Positions 10,465 to 20,917 of a stretch of DNA of 64,000 bases are shown here, in pieces. This DNA is from a virus. Its lineage: Duplodnaviria; Caudoviricetes. A program made the position numbers and the translations under genes. Under the pieces are notes generated by a model, which saw only the letters and a program-made list of their open reading frames with translations, was not told where the DNA came from and did not search any database. The stretch is taken from positions 96,001 through 160,000 of the IMG/VR virus record IMGVR_UViG_651703101_000001, one strand, 5' to 3'. Each line of letters opens with the position of its first letter. Positions within the stretch are counted from its first letter, which is position 1.

Positions 10465-10871
10465 AGATCACCCTCTTCGCGATTCTCGGAATAGTATGGA
10501 TCAAATTCTCCACCTGGGTATCTCTTTTGTAATTTATCGATGTTACCATCTACAGCTTCTTCAAAAGAAATATCAAGTGCAATCAAACACTGAGCAACAT
10601 ACCAAAGTACATCACCCAATTCTCTCTTCAAATGGAACTTGGTTTCATCATTCCAGGGTTTACCTTGAAAGATGAGTTTCTTAACAATTTCTAGTGCCTC
10701 TCCACCTTCTGCACAGATTCCTACAGCACCCGTGAGTAACCTTTCGATGTTTGCACCCTTGGAATCTAGGGCAACCAGTCGGTCAGATAGTGAAATGAAA
10801 TCTTTCGATTCATCTGATGTAACAGCATCAACGAACTGTTGATACTTTGCAAAGTCAATTTTCTTAGTCAT
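10461..10871 (-). CDS. mazG: MazG-like nucleotide pyrophosphohydrolase
   Basis: AEGGEALEIVKK...RELGDVLWY...NIDKLQKRYP; start placed at MTKKIDF. Confidence 0.85.
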   Translation of the reverse strand: MTKKIDFAKYQQFVDAVTSDESKDFISLSDRLVALDSKGANIERLLTGAVGICAEGGEALEIVKKLIFQGKPWNDETKFHLKRELGDVLWYVAQCLIALDISFEEAVDGNIDKLQKRYPGGEFDPYYSENREEGDL

Positions 10872-11191
10872 GATTAATTTAATTAGTAGAGAATATGTAA
10901 CCCTGAGGGCCAGAAGGTTGTTCAGAAACTTCGATCCAGCAGGAACCATTATAACACCAAGTCTTCATGTTCTTAGTGTCATAATATTTGTGCCCTCTTC
11001 TTACATTCATCGGGAATGGCCCATGATCGACTTCCTTGGACCTCACCGTAGTTGGTGGAAGTCCATAAGGATCCATCAACAACTCTGCGTTAGAATCGAT
11101 ACCGAAGACTTCTAGATCTTCCGGCCGGGACAGTTCCAGATAACGTAGAAATTCCCATGTTGATAGGTCTTTTACCCTGATGGGTTTTTGT

Positions 11192-12568
11192 TCAGTCATA
11201 ATCGAAGTCTGTGAACTTGGATGAACCAAAGGTCTTGGTAGGAACTACATCATCAATGATGTCTTCCTGGGCTGACTGTTCAACATCATAGAGCCTCATC
11301 TTAGAATAGTCAACCCCCACAACAAATCTTTTCAGAGTTTGTTTGGTTGCAAAACGATTCTTAAGTTGTTTGACCATCAATTGACCTAGTTGTTCCAGTT
11401 GTTCATCTGTAGTCATAGAGAACATAAAGTCAGCAGTCGCTGGTAGACCGAAAGATTCTGAAGTATTTTCTAGGCCGGGGTCGGATGATGTGAATCCTGT
11501 TCTGTTTGTTTGTGTTGCTGACACAATAGGAACTTTATGCTTTACAGCAAGTCCACGAATTTCTTCAGCAATGCTTTTGACCATAGTATAGCTATTGACA
11601 TTGGCACCAGCACGGTAACGAACACTTGAACATATATTGAGATAATCAATAAAAATAATATCTGGCTTGAAGCTCTTCTTAATTGATAGTTCTTTAAGAA
11701 GTGATTCAAAGTGACCAACGTGAGCAGACGCTGTAGGATATTCTTTGATGAAAAGTTTTCCACAAGTTTTTTGTTTAATCAATTTAATCTTATTTACAAA
11801 GTTTGATTTTGGAACTCCACCAATGTCATCCAATGAGATGTTAATTAGATTGGCGTCAATTCTTTCTGCAATTTTTTCTTCTGCCATTTCCAATGTGATG
11901 TACAGAACGTTATAACCATTCTCTAACATCGATCCAGCAACAGAACACATAAACAAAGACTTACCAACGTTTGTACCAGCCATACAAACTGTTAATGTTT
12001 TCTTTGGAAGTCCACCTTTTGTAATTTTGTCAAAGTAAGTGAGTCCCATAGGGACTCTTTCTTCTGTTGTATGGTAGAACTCATAACGTTGCTCGTAGTC
12101 TTCAAGATAATCATGACCAACATGATCATCGAATCCCACAGATAATGCCTCAGAAAGAAGATCAGGAATCGATTCCGGTCCTTTATCTTTTACATTACCG
12201 TCATGAATTGAGATTGCTTCTAGAAGCGCCAGATAGACTGCTCGTTCTTTGCACCATCGTTCTGTTTCGTCAATAAGCCAGTCTGTGGAATACTCCACAG
12301 AGGACTTGGTAGTAATGGAGGAACATACATCACATATAGCAGAAAATTCTGGTTTTGAATATCCCTTGAGTTGCTCAACTTCAATAGCAAGGACCTCGGC
12401 TGTTGGTAGTTGATCATACTGGCTAAAGTGCTGCTTACAGATATCAAATACTTTGCGTCCTTCGGACGACGTAAAGTAAACGTCCTCAATATATGGTAAT
12501 ACTTTCCTGGTGTAAGTTTCATCATTTAATAGTCCTTTTAGGATGGTAATTTCAAGCTGGGATGTCAT
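11192..12568 (-). CDS. gp41: T4-like replicative helicase
   Basis: AGTNVGKS Walker A, ITLEM, IFIDYL, ATQTNR, SESFGLPATAD, KNR. Confidence 0.95.
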   Translation of the reverse strand: MTSQLEITILKGLLNDETYTRKVLPYIEDVYFTSSEGRKVFDICKQHFSQYDQLPTAEVLAIEVEQLKGYSKPEFSAICDVCSSITTKSSVEYSTDWLIDETERWCKERAVYLALLEAISIHDGNVKDKGPESIPDLLSEALSVGFDDHVGHDYLEDYEQRYEFYHTTEERVPMGLTYFDKITKGGLPKKTLTVCMAGTNVGKSLFMCSVAGSMLENGYNVLYITLEMAEEKIAERIDANLINISLDDIGGVPKSNFVNKIKLIKQKTCGKLFIKEYPTASAHVGHFESLLKELSIKKSFKPDIIFIDYLNICSSVRYRAGANVNSYTMVKSIAEEIRGLAVKHKVPIVSATQTNRTGFTSSDPGLENTSESFGLPATADFMFSMTTDEQLEQLGQLMVKQLKNRFATKQTLKRFVVGVDYSKMRLYDVEQSAQEDIIDDVVPTKTFGSSKFTDFDYD

Positions 12569-12978
12569 ACTTCCGGTGCAAATTTACATAGTCGTGTATC
12601 AATATTACTGGTGTCATATTCTGCCAGATGATATCTAAAGGTTACGTCTAACACTTTGTCGAACTGCAGTTTGTCAAACTCCAACTCATAAATGCTGTGA
12701 TCAAATGCAACCATTTCTCCATTCAATGCACGTTTCCCATGGTAGAAATGGTTATTGCAATAATTGTGTAGACTCATTATGTGTAGTTCATGAATCCCTA
12801 AGTTATGTGCCATTCTAGTGGTAGACTGCCATATGCATGCGGTAGGAACGACATAAATTGAACCCGGTGGTAATGATACTAGGGCCTGGGTTGTCCTTCC
12901 TGTTCTTCTGAGATTAACCGGTTTAGGTTCGGGTTCGGGTTTCAGAATATACTTTCTATAGATTTCTTCTGCGTTCAT
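12565..12978 (-). CDS. hypothetical protein
   Basis: 137-aa ORF overlapping both neighbours by 4 nt. Confidence 0.5.
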   Translation of the reverse strand: MNAEEIYRKYILKPEPEPKPVNLRRTGRTTQALVSLPPGSIYVVPTACIWQSTTRMAHNLGIHELHIMSLHNYCNNHFYHGKRALNGEMVAFDHSIYELEFDKLQFDKVLDVTFRYHLAEYDTSNIDTRLCKFAPEV

Positions 12979-13553
12979 GTGTAATTCAAGTAGGTGGACA
13001 TAATATACTTGGCACCTGAAAGTACAGGACGCCCCCTATGAGGGAACATCCACATAGGGGGGAAGATTAAGACAGATCCTGTTTTTGGTCTGATATCGTA
13101 GATGTCAATGTAGGTGTCAGATGGTTGATCATATTGGACAAAGGTAGTCTCCCCACCATCAAAATCATCATTCAGATAGAAAAGTAAAGACAAGTATCGT
13201 TTGCAAGATGTTAGATCACCAACATCTACGTGAACATCATATCGATCTTCAGATTGTCCCACATAACGTTTGATTCTGAATTCTTCCATTCCCGTTGATT
13301 CTGGAAACCAATGTTGACAGAATGGTTGATCCATATGATATTTAAGAAGACCATAATGGGCAAATTTAACTAGATCAGCAACCAAGGAAGGACAACTTTG
13401 ATTTAGATTCAATTGAGTAAAATTTGGTCTTCCATTATTGGAAACAATTTGTTTATCTGAATCAAATTGCATGAAATTTACAAGATGTTTACAGACATAC
13501 TGGGGAAGTATATTTTCGTAAACTCTAACAAACTCAAGTGGAGGGGTAGCCAT
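12975..13553 (-). CDS. 2OG-Fe(II) oxygenase
   Basis: HVD, YLNDDFDGGET, FPH..R, KY motifs. Confidence 0.9.
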   Translation of the reverse strand: MATPPLEFVRVYENILPQYVCKHLVNFMQFDSDKQIVSNNGRPNFTQLNLNQSCPSLVADLVKFAHYGLLKYHMDQPFCQHWFPESTGMEEFRIKRYVGQSEDRYDVHVDVGDLTSCKRYLSLLFYLNDDFDGGETTFVQYDQPSDTYIDIYDIRPKTGSVLIFPPMWMFPHRGRPVLSGAKYIMSTYLNYT

Positions 13554-14547
13554 AAGAAAATATCACTTTTGCTGCTTCATCAAGTTCTTGCATCACTTCA
13601 TCAGTGAAGTAATTTTCTGGATTTTTATAGATTTCTTTCTCATAAATCTTTTTACCATTCACTTCAATACGGCCGGCGGTCTTGGTCCAGATCCCCGCCT
13701 CGATCGCCAGATCTACAAGACCATAATATTTGTCTAGTCCTCTTTCATCATAGAACAAACGAATCGTTACCTCTTGATTTTCTTTACTCAACCTAGACTT
13801 TGCCGTTTTAGCCTTGATCAGGTTGCCGATGACTTCAGTTCCATCCTTCTCTTTCTTCTTAGAGAGATAGATAATGGTAGATGCAGCGTACTTAAGTCCA
13901 CTACCACCACCCATTTCTTTGGTTGGAACATAAGAACCAATCACATCATAGGTATGATTGGTTACAATCATAGGAATGTTTGCCTTACCCAAAGCCAAAG
14001 TGAGCACACGAAATGCACCTTTGGTTAATTGTGCCTTAGTCATATCGCGGACCTGTTTGTCGTCAAGGATATCTGTTACTTCCTTAGTGGTAGATAACAT
14101 ACCAAGACTATCTAAAACAAACAAAAGGGGAGTTCTTTCACTTTCTGGTTTCTTGGTGTGAATATCACATGCCTTAAGAGCAATATTGCGGAACTCTTCG
14201 ATTGTCGCGACATTTACTATTGCAACCCTAGAAGTATCGATATTTCTATCTTCTAGGAGTGACTTCGTAATGGCAGATTCAGTATCAAAATAAACAATAG
14301 ATCCGTTAGGATGAGTATCCAAAAAGTTTTGCACGACAGCAAGCGCGAAAAAGGTTTTTCCAGTAGAAGACTCCCCAGCGATAGCGGTAATCTTATTCCC
14401 AGATACACCACCAAAGATACTACCAGAAACCAATGCATTGAAAATGTAACTACCTGTGTCAACAAATGTTGAACTGTCTTGTATATTTGATGCAATTGAT
14501 GCATATTCTCCACCAACTTGTTGAACAATTTCATTTAGGATACTCAT
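13534..14547 (-). CDS. uvsX: RecA-like recombinase
   Basis: GESSTGKT, FDTE, LDSLG, MGGGSGLKY. Confidence 0.95.
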   Translation of the reverse strand: MSILNEIVQQVGGEYASIASNIQDSSTFVDTGSYIFNALVSGSIFGGVSGNKITAIAGESSTGKTFFALAVVQNFLDTHPNGSIVYFDTESAITKSLLEDRNIDTSRVAIVNVATIEEFRNIALKACDIHTKKPESERTPLLFVLDSLGMLSTTKEVTDILDDKQVRDMTKAQLTKGAFRVLTLALGKANIPMIVTNHTYDVIGSYVPTKEMGGGSGLKYAASTIIYLSKKKEKDGTEVIGNLIKAKTAKSRLSKENQEVTIRLFYDERGLDKYYGLVDLAIEAGIWTKTAGRIEVNGKKIYEKEIYKNPENYFTDEVMQELDEAAKVIFSYGYPST

Positions 14548-14553
14548 AATAGT

Positions 14554-17067
14554 TTAGGCAAAAAATGATTCTAGGGTTACTTGTTTTTCGGTATGCCATC
14601 CGACGGCATCCATAATGGTCTGCAATGGGTCGATAAATCCCTTCTGATACATCATATCATAGTCAAGATACCGTGTCAACCCCAATTCTGTCGGTAGATC
14701 CTTAGGAAAGGCTATGATATTTTCGTGAGTCGGGTTTGGAATCTTAAGAAAGACAAACTTAACTTTATCACCGTCACGGATATTTGAATAACGGTTTGTA
14801 AGATTCTTCTCTTTGATGAGTTTATTGAATGAAATACTACCCCTTACGTGATACGGAGTAGATTTCTTGTAACCTATAGGTCCACCACAAATGAATTGGC
14901 TGATGTTATTTGCAGTTCTAGGAAATGCAATATCTTCAACCGGAAGGGATTTGAACTCTTTTCTCTTTTCATTAATGTAAGCAATGAGTTGATCTTCAGT
15001 TCCGTTCATGAAGATCTTCAGACAATCTGTAATATACTCACGACAGGGAACCGGAGTAGAGGATTTTACAGCCTCGATTCCCATCATTTTGAGTTTTGCC
15101 TCTTTATACCGAACACCTTCATTGTCCCATACATTCAGAATATAACGTTTCTTGGCACTCCAAATTCCCTTTTCTGCAATCGCTTCTCTCTTCATGACCA
15201 TGGTATTATCATAGGCATTTAGGTACTCTGCCAATTCATCATAAGATGAATCAATAAAGGGAATGAGTTTTGCTTCCGTAAAGGAATCCAACATTTCAAC
15301 AATTTTGTTAGTTGGAAGTGCACTACTATTCGGAATAGACTCGACTAAAGGACCAAGATTTAAGTATACAGAGTCTGTATCAACATAGGCAACATAGTCG
15401 AAACCAGTTGTTTTGAGAACTTTGTTAAGATACTCATTCAACTTTCTCTCGATCCAACGAATTGCAACTTGTCCAGTCACAGTAATTGCCTCAGCATTAT
15501 CCACACGATAATGACGGAAATACTGATTACCGATCGCCCCATAAAGAGAGTTCAATTGAATCTTACGAGCCATTTGGAAGTTACTCCACTTAGCAATCTC
15601 TTTACTTAATTGTTTGGTGGGATTTTGTTCATACTTTCTCTTGGCATCAAGCATGTTATTCTTGTACTGTACACGTTCATCATAGATCTTCTTCACAAGT
15701 TCAGGCATGAACCCGAGAATATCTTTACGGTACATACAACCATTCGCGGCGATGGTTAGGTCCGATGAGGCTGCCTGTAATTTATCTTTCTTCTGAATCA
15801 AGTCTTCCTTATTTACATGAATCTTGGAGTACAAAGTTTCTGGAGAAATATTCAGGAACCGAATCAAAGAAGGATATAGAGAGTTAAGGTCAAAGTTCAC
15901 AATCCAGTTATATGCACCTGGAATGGGTTCTTTAACATATGCACCCTCATACTGATCATTCTTTTCAGATCTTACAACCGGAGAAAGAACAATATTCTTT
16001 TCTTTCAAAAAGTTGTAGATGATGACATCCCAAAGTCTAACTTGACGGAAAGTATCTTCGTAGTTGCAATGAGAATCGTATGAAATCAACATGATCAATT
16101 CGATCAGTTTCATCTTTTCTTCTAACTTGTCAACAAGATTAACATCACGAATATTATACTCTGTGAACTTTTGCCAGTTTTTGGTGTAGAACTCTTGGAA
16201 TGTATCGTACTCGGAGTGATCTAGTTTCTTTTCACCAAGTTCAATTTCGGCGATTGCGTCCAGTTTATAGGAGGCTCTGTTGATAAATGCGAATTTCTTA
16301 TAGGCGGCAAGATAGTCTAGGACAGAAACACCAACAACATCAAATCGTTGTTCTTTTCTGTTATTAACCTCTACTTCTTTCTCCAATACAAACTTCCATG
16401 GAGATAGACTTTTTGCGTCAGTTTCTCCAAGAATTAGATTGATTCTGTTGTAGAGATAAGGAATATCAAAACCTTCAATATTCCATCCAGTTATAACTTC
16501 TGGCTCTTCTTTTCTCCACCAAGTAAGAAATTCATGTAATAGATGTTTTTCATTATTACACTTCAGGTAGTGAATTTTGGAATTATTAGTAATAAATTCA
16601 CCACAACCAAATGTATAGACATCTTTGGTTTGGAAATTCTTAAGAGAAATTAGAAGAATCTCCTGATCCGCAACACGAATATTCGGGAATCCATTTTCTG
16701 CAGTAGTCTCAATATCTAAAGACCAAAGTTTAATCTTTTCAGGTTCGTAATTTACGTCACCACGAAACTCTTCGGATAGAAACTGATACAGAATCTTTTC
16801 CATTCCGTATACAGTTACACCCTCAACATCTTTGTAACGTTGAAGAAAGTCTTTACAATCACGAATAGATCCTGGCTGAACTGGAGCCACAGGAATTCCA
16901 TCTAGAGTTCGATATTCTGTTGGTTTGTCTGTTTTTAGATAGAACGTTGGTTTGAAAGGATACTTGTTGTTGAAGTATCCTTCGGATTCGCTCCAGCCTC
17001 TACAGAGAACGTTGTTTCCATATAGAGTTGCGTAGGTGTAATGTCTCTTCAAAGTTGTCAGTTGCAA
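14554..17067 (-). CDS. gp43: family B DNA polymerase
   Basis: DIET exonuclease I, DLNSLYPS, KIQLNSLYG, YVDTDS; no intein or intron seen. Confidence 0.97.
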   Translation of the reverse strand: MQLTTLKRHYTYATLYGNNVLCRGWSESEGYFNNKYPFKPTFYLKTDKPTEYRTLDGIPVAPVQPGSIRDCKDFLQRYKDVEGVTVYGMEKILYQFLSEEFRGDVNYEPEKIKLWSLDIETTAENGFPNIRVADQEILLISLKNFQTKDVYTFGCGEFITNNSKIHYLKCNNEKHLLHEFLTWWRKEEPEVITGWNIEGFDIPYLYNRINLILGETDAKSLSPWKFVLEKEVEVNNRKEQRFDVVGVSVLDYLAAYKKFAFINRASYKLDAIAEIELGEKKLDHSEYDTFQEFYTKNWQKFTEYNIRDVNLVDKLEEKMKLIELIMLISYDSHCNYEDTFRQVRLWDVIIYNFLKEKNIVLSPVVRSEKNDQYEGAYVKEPIPGAYNWIVNFDLNSLYPSLIRFLNISPETLYSKIHVNKEDLIQKKDKLQAASSDLTIAANGCMYRKDILGFMPELVKKIYDERVQYKNNMLDAKRKYEQNPTKQLSKEIAKWSNFQMARKIQLNSLYGAIGNQYFRHYRVDNAEAITVTGQVAIRWIERKLNEYLNKVLKTTGFDYVAYVDTDSVYLNLGPLVESIPNSSALPTNKIVEMLDSFTEAKLIPFIDSSYDELAEYLNAYDNTMVMKREAIAEKGIWSAKKRYILNVWDNEGVRYKEAKLKMMGIEAVKSSTPVPCREYITDCLKIFMNGTEDQLIAYINEKRKEFKSLPVEDIAFPRTANNISQFICGGPIGYKKSTPYHVRGSISFNKLIKEKNLTNRYSNIRDGDKVKFVFLKIPNPTHENIIAFPKDLPTELGLTRYLDYDMMYQKGFIDPLQTIMDAVGWHTEKQVTLESFFA

Positions 17068-17075
17068 ATGGTAAA

Positions 17076-17462
17076 TTACTCTTCAATATACATCACTTCG
17101 TCGTTTTCATCGACATAGTGATCTCGCTCCTCATAGTCATCAAGGTCTTCGGTAAGAAGTTGTTGAGGGGGATTCAGTTCTTCTAATGTTTTTCCGATTG
17201 TTTCTAGATATTTTGTCAGAACATTTTGACTCGGATCACACATAGTCTTGATATCCCTACTATAAAGTAGAATATCTTCTTCGTCGGTATACCTTGGCCA
17301 CTTCTTAAGAGAGAAAGAAAATGGACTTATTTTTAGTTCTAATTTTTCTAGTTCCTTAATCTCATATGGTTCTCTCAAATGACAACTAGGTTCAATACCT
17401 AGTTGTTCTACTTGAGAAATCAAGTATTCTCCACTATTCAGGAGAATTAACGACACTATCAT
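17076..17462 (-). CDS. conserved hypothetical protein upstream of gp43
   Basis: LILLNSGEYLIS beta-rich start; position typical of cyanomyoviruses. Confidence 0.55.
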   Translation of the reverse strand: MIVSLILLNSGEYLISQVEQLGIEPSCHLREPYEIKELEKLELKISPFSFSLKKWPRYTDEEDILLYSRDIKTMCDPSQNVLTKYLETIGKTLEELNPPQQLLTEDLDDYEERDHYVDENDEVMYIEE

Positions 17463-17784
17463 GATCTTCTATTTCAATTGTTGGTGGGTTCAAGGTATTT
17501 AGATACGACTCTCTGACCCCATCTGTTGGGGTATGTGCAGAGACAATCCAATTGCAATTAAGTGAAAATTCATTATCATCTGTTAGACAACAATATTTCA
17601 TGAAAGATGCCTCAACACCAGGAGGTGAATACACACCACCATGCACGGAGTCATGTATTGGGTGATAATGTACCATCATAGGATCCCTCACCCGCATAAA
17701 ATCAGGATGATCATCTTCTTTTACATGTGCAACAATATGGTGGCCATTTGCAGTCACTAGGACTTTGATTTCGTATTCATTCAT
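17434..17784 (-). CDS. conserved hypothetical protein
   Basis: IKVLVTANGHHIVA beta-rich start, similar in type to the downstream ORF. Confidence 0.55.
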   Translation of the reverse strand: MNEYEIKVLVTANGHHIVAHVKEDDHPDFMRVRDPMMVHYHPIHDSVHGGVYSPPGVEASFMKYCCLTDDNEFSLNCNWIVSAHTPTDGVRESYLNTLNPPTIEIEDHDSVVNSPE

Positions 17785-17786
17785 AA

Positions 17787-17807
17787 TAAAAGACCCCCGA
17801 AGGGGTC
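17787..17807 (-). terminator. intrinsic terminator after hsp20
   Basis: GACCCC-TTCG-GGGGTC-TTTTT on the minus strand. Confidence 0.75.
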
Positions 17808-17815
17808 GGTAGTGT

Positions 17816-18223
17816 TTACTTAATTGGAAGAATCTTTTTCTTTTGATCTTCTGGTACTTCTCTACGAAGATATACCCTTAACATTCCATTATCATGTGTG
17901 ACACAATCTACCTTTACATCATCACCCAGATTCCAGGATTTTGTAAATGATCTTTGTGCAATTCCTTTATATGTATACTCTCTAATATCTTCTTCATTTT
18001 TTCCGCTAACTGTAAGAGTATGTTTTTCGACAGAAACTTCTAGATCATTTTTACGATATCCTGCAAGGGCAATTTCAATAAAATGATTATTTTCGTCTTG
18101 TTTTACAATGTTGTATGGCGGGAAGTTGGATCTGGTGTCATGCATATGGTCTAATCTACGAAAGAAATCTTCTAGTCCAATTCCATATGGAGTATAGGTT
18201 TCCCATTTAGCTAGATTTGTCAT
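17816..18223 (-). CDS. hsp20: small heat-shock protein
   Basis: FPPYNI, IEIALAG, YKGIAQRSF, NGML; GGAG RBS before MTNLAKW. Confidence 0.92.
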   Translation of the reverse strand: MTNLAKWETYTPYGIGLEDFFRRLDHMHDTRSNFPPYNIVKQDENNHFIEIALAGYRKNDLEVSVEKHTLTVSGKNEEDIREYTYKGIAQRSFTKSWNLGDDVKVDCVTHDNGMLRVYLRREVPEDQKKKILPIK

Positions 18224-18314
18224 AGTTCTCCTATTAAAGCAAGTAATGAATAGTGGTCCCCGAAGGCAACCACTCATATTTATAGGACATAATCCTGGAT
18301 TTGTCAAGGGCGGT

Positions 18315-18719
18315 TTACCCTACAATTTTCTTTGATCCGATTTGATACTTGGGCTCAAGAATCCAATCTTTCTTCTCTTTAAAAGGAATGATTTTAATTT
18401 GTGAGACTGGTACCATTTCTTCAATTTTAGTTGAGTCTACGACTTGAACCAGACCCCAATCACTGAGGAGCTTAGTAATTCTATTTCTTCTCTGAATATC
18501 ATTTTCAGAAAGATCTGATGCCTTACCATCTAACAGGAATAGTTCCTTAAAAGAAACAATGTAATACTTTCCCTGTTTATGAAGAATGTGACAGGACTGA
18601 TAAAGTTTATTTTCAGTTCTTGATGCTACTCCAATTCTGGTTAGTGTTTCTCTAACCTTAAGAAAGTCATCGGGTTGATTTAATCTGACCTCAACTAGAT
18701 CATTGGCTGTCCATTCCAT
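18315..18719 (-). CDS. regA: translational repressor RegA
   Basis: DDFLKVRETLTRIGVAS...LYQSCHILHKQGKYYI. Confidence 0.96.
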   Translation of the reverse strand: MEWTANDLVEVRLNQPDDFLKVRETLTRIGVASRTENKLYQSCHILHKQGKYYIVSFKELFLLDGKASDLSENDIQRRNRITKLLSDWGLVQVVDSTKIEEMVPVSQIKIIPFKEKKDWILEPKYQIGSKKIVG

Positions 18720-18753
18720 AATAATAAGAATAATGTTTATTCTTATTTAGGTT

Positions 18754-19083
18754 TTAGTCAACTAACAGTTCATTCAAATCACCATTCCAAAATGGAATAA
18801 ACCACAATGTATTCATATACGCATGTTTACCAGCTAGAGCCATTCTATTCCATGCGGAATTTGGAATAGAATTTGCCTTATGTAGCTTTTCATGCAAGAT
18901 ATTAAGCTCTTGCTTTGTAATAACCGACACAAGTTGTCCATTATAGAAGTCAAGAACTTCTTTCTTTAGTTTTTCACCTTCATAGGTTAGTTCAATTTCA
19001 GGTTTAATATTAGATTCAATTGGTGCACGAGATTCTACCCAAGTCCGTTTAAGACTCTCTAGAACTTTGACAAAATAATTCAT
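18754..19083 (-). CDS. hypothetical protein
   Basis: Overlaps the methyltransferase stop by 4 nt. Confidence 0.5.
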   Translation of the reverse strand: MNYFVKVLESLKRTWVESRAPIESNIKPEIELTYEGEKLKKEVLDFYNGQLVSVITKQELNILHEKLHKANSIPNSAWNRMALAGKHAYMNTLWFIPFWNGDLNELLVD

Positions 19084-20225
19084 TTGAGTTTAGATAATAC
19101 GTTTTTATAGACGGATGAGGCAATTTCTTTCATCATTAATGGAGGAACCATTCTTCCGATTCTTTCTGCCCTCTGTTTCCAGGATCCAGTCAAAACAAAG
19201 TCTTCAGGAAGTGATTGAATTCTCATCATTTCTGGAATGGTGATCTTTCGATTTTCTAAAGGATGAATCACACCACCAAATGTAACATTGGCACAACCCA
19301 TGGCTGTCAGTGTGGGAGAAGGTTGGAACATTGACGCCCTCTTCATGTTGAACGCGTGACCTTTAGGGTGAAAGTCGCATCCATTCAAAACTTTCGGTGG
19401 GTTGTCTGGCATCTTGGACGCAACATTGAGATATAGATTAGACTTCAGCCACTTTTCATTCATTTCTTTGATTTCTAGTGGATCATTGACCAATCCAACC
19501 ATACCCTCACCAAAAGTCATTTTAGTGCCAGATTCTGGTGGAAATAGACTAGAAATATTCAGGAATGTCATTCCTACTTTCTCCGCGATATCTTGACGTA
19601 CCGCAATGAAGATAACTCTTTGTCTATTTTGCGGAACACCATGACGACAGGCATTCATGACTTTAGAGGCAACATAGTATCCGATATTCTCAAATTCCTT
19701 GAGAATACGGTTGTAATAACTGACAGCCTCACCGATTGTAAGACCTTTGACATTCTCACCTACAATGACTTTTGGTTGAATTTCCTCAGCAACCCTTAGG
19801 AATTCAAAGAAAAGATCTTCAATATTGGTCTGTTTGATTCCATCTGAATAGTGCTTGGTCTTTCCCCATCCATCAGAGTGTGTTGCTCCCGCAGAGCGAC
19901 ACATGGAACCTGCTACAGAGAATGCTGAGCACGGTGGGGAACCATCAAGTAAGTCTAACTCACCCGGCTTGAGACCAACTTTATCTAGAAAGTCCTTACC
20001 AGTTAATTGACGAATATCATCAGGAAGAATGATAGTTTCGGGATAATTTTGATGATATGTAATTCTTGCTTCTTCAACAAACTCATTAATTGCAAGAAGT
20101 TTACCACCGGCAAGTCGATAACCGGTCGAAGATCCACCACCCCCAGCAAATGTAGAAATGACTGTAAATAGTGCACGGTCTGATGAATCGTGCACGTCCT
20201 TCATTGTGTATGGTGTGTAAGTCAT
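19080..20225 (-). CDS. C5 DNA-cytosine methyltransferase family (candidate carboxymethyltransferase)
   Basis: FAGGGG motif I, GSPPC motif IV, ENV motif VI, QNRQR motif VIII; motif X reads GRMVPP rather than GN(A/S)V. Confidence 0.9.
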   Translation of the reverse strand: MTYTPYTMKDVHDSSDRALFTVISTFAGGGGSSTGYRLAGGKLLAINEFVEEARITYHQNYPETIILPDDIRQLTGKDFLDKVGLKPGELDLLDGSPPCSAFSVAGSMCRSAGATHSDGWGKTKHYSDGIKQTNIEDLFFEFLRVAEEIQPKVIVGENVKGLTIGEAVSYYNRILKEFENIGYYVASKVMNACRHGVPQNRQRVIFIAVRQDIAEKVGMTFLNISSLFPPESGTKMTFGEGMVGLVNDPLEIKEMNEKWLKSNLYLNVASKMPDNPPKVLNGCDFHPKGHAFNMKRASMFQPSPTLTAMGCANVTFGGVIHPLENRKITIPEMMRIQSLPEDFVLTGSWKQRAERIGRMVPPLMMKEIASSVYKNVLSKLK

Positions 20226-20917
20226 TTTAACGCAATCACACCTACGAACTGATGATTTCTCCAGAAGATTTGTGTTGCGTGAAATCCTGCAGAAAGAACC
20301 ATACGATTTAGTTCACCCCAAGTATTGGGTTTCAACATATCACGAAGTTGCTTTTCTTTATTCATGATTTCTTCTGGAGTGAATGACTTACGTTTGAAGT
20401 CATAATAGTTGAAGGTCAAGAGTTCTTGAAAGAAAGCATCTTCACACATTAGTTTCTCGGCGAAGATAAATGCCCCACCTTCGTTGAGGCCTCCGTAAAT
20501 CCTGTTGATCACTTCCTGTCTGTCAGTCTTGGGCATGAACTGTAGAGTGAAGATAGAGGTGACTAGAGAACAGTTCTTGAAGTCATAATTACGAATATCA
20601 CCACGAACAAACTCAAGAATCGCAGAAGGATGATCTTTACGAACTTCTTTGTATCGATTGTCCATATCGTCATAGAAACTACCTGCAAGTTCCACACCAA
20701 CATACTGTGCGTACTGTCGATTGGGATTCTCCGCAATAATCATTTTGGTGAGTTTACCTGTAGAACAACCAATGTCTACTACTTTGGTATGATCCTCTAC
20801 AAAATAACGGGAGAAGGCAACTGTGTCTTCTAGAAGATTGGAATAACCACGAATAGAGTGGTCGATGTGATTGTCAAACCCTTCCTGAGATTGGGCGAAT
20901 GTGAAATCGTAAGTCAT
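20222..20917 (-). CDS. cmoA: CmoA-like (carboxy-SAM synthase-like) SAM-dependent enzyme
   Basis: DIGCSTG, FTLQF, LNEGGAFIFAEK, DFKR and AGF...ALK parallel E. coli CmoA motifs. Confidence 0.75.
   Translation of the reverse strand: MTYDFTFAQSQEGFDNHIDHSIRGYSNLLEDTVAFSRYFVEDHTKVVDIGCSTGKLTKMIIAENPNRQYAQYVGVELAGSFYDDMDNRYKEVRKDHPSAILEFVRGDIRNYDFKNCSLVTSIFTLQFMPKTDRQEVINRIYGGLNEGGAFIFAEKLMCEDAFFQELLTFNYYDFKRKSFTPEEIMNKEKQLRDMLKPNTWGELNRMVLSAGFHATQIFWRNHQFVGVIALK

Noticed and set aside
11192-17067. Inteins or introns in gp41, uvsX or gp43
   Set aside because: Lengths and motif spacing are normal.
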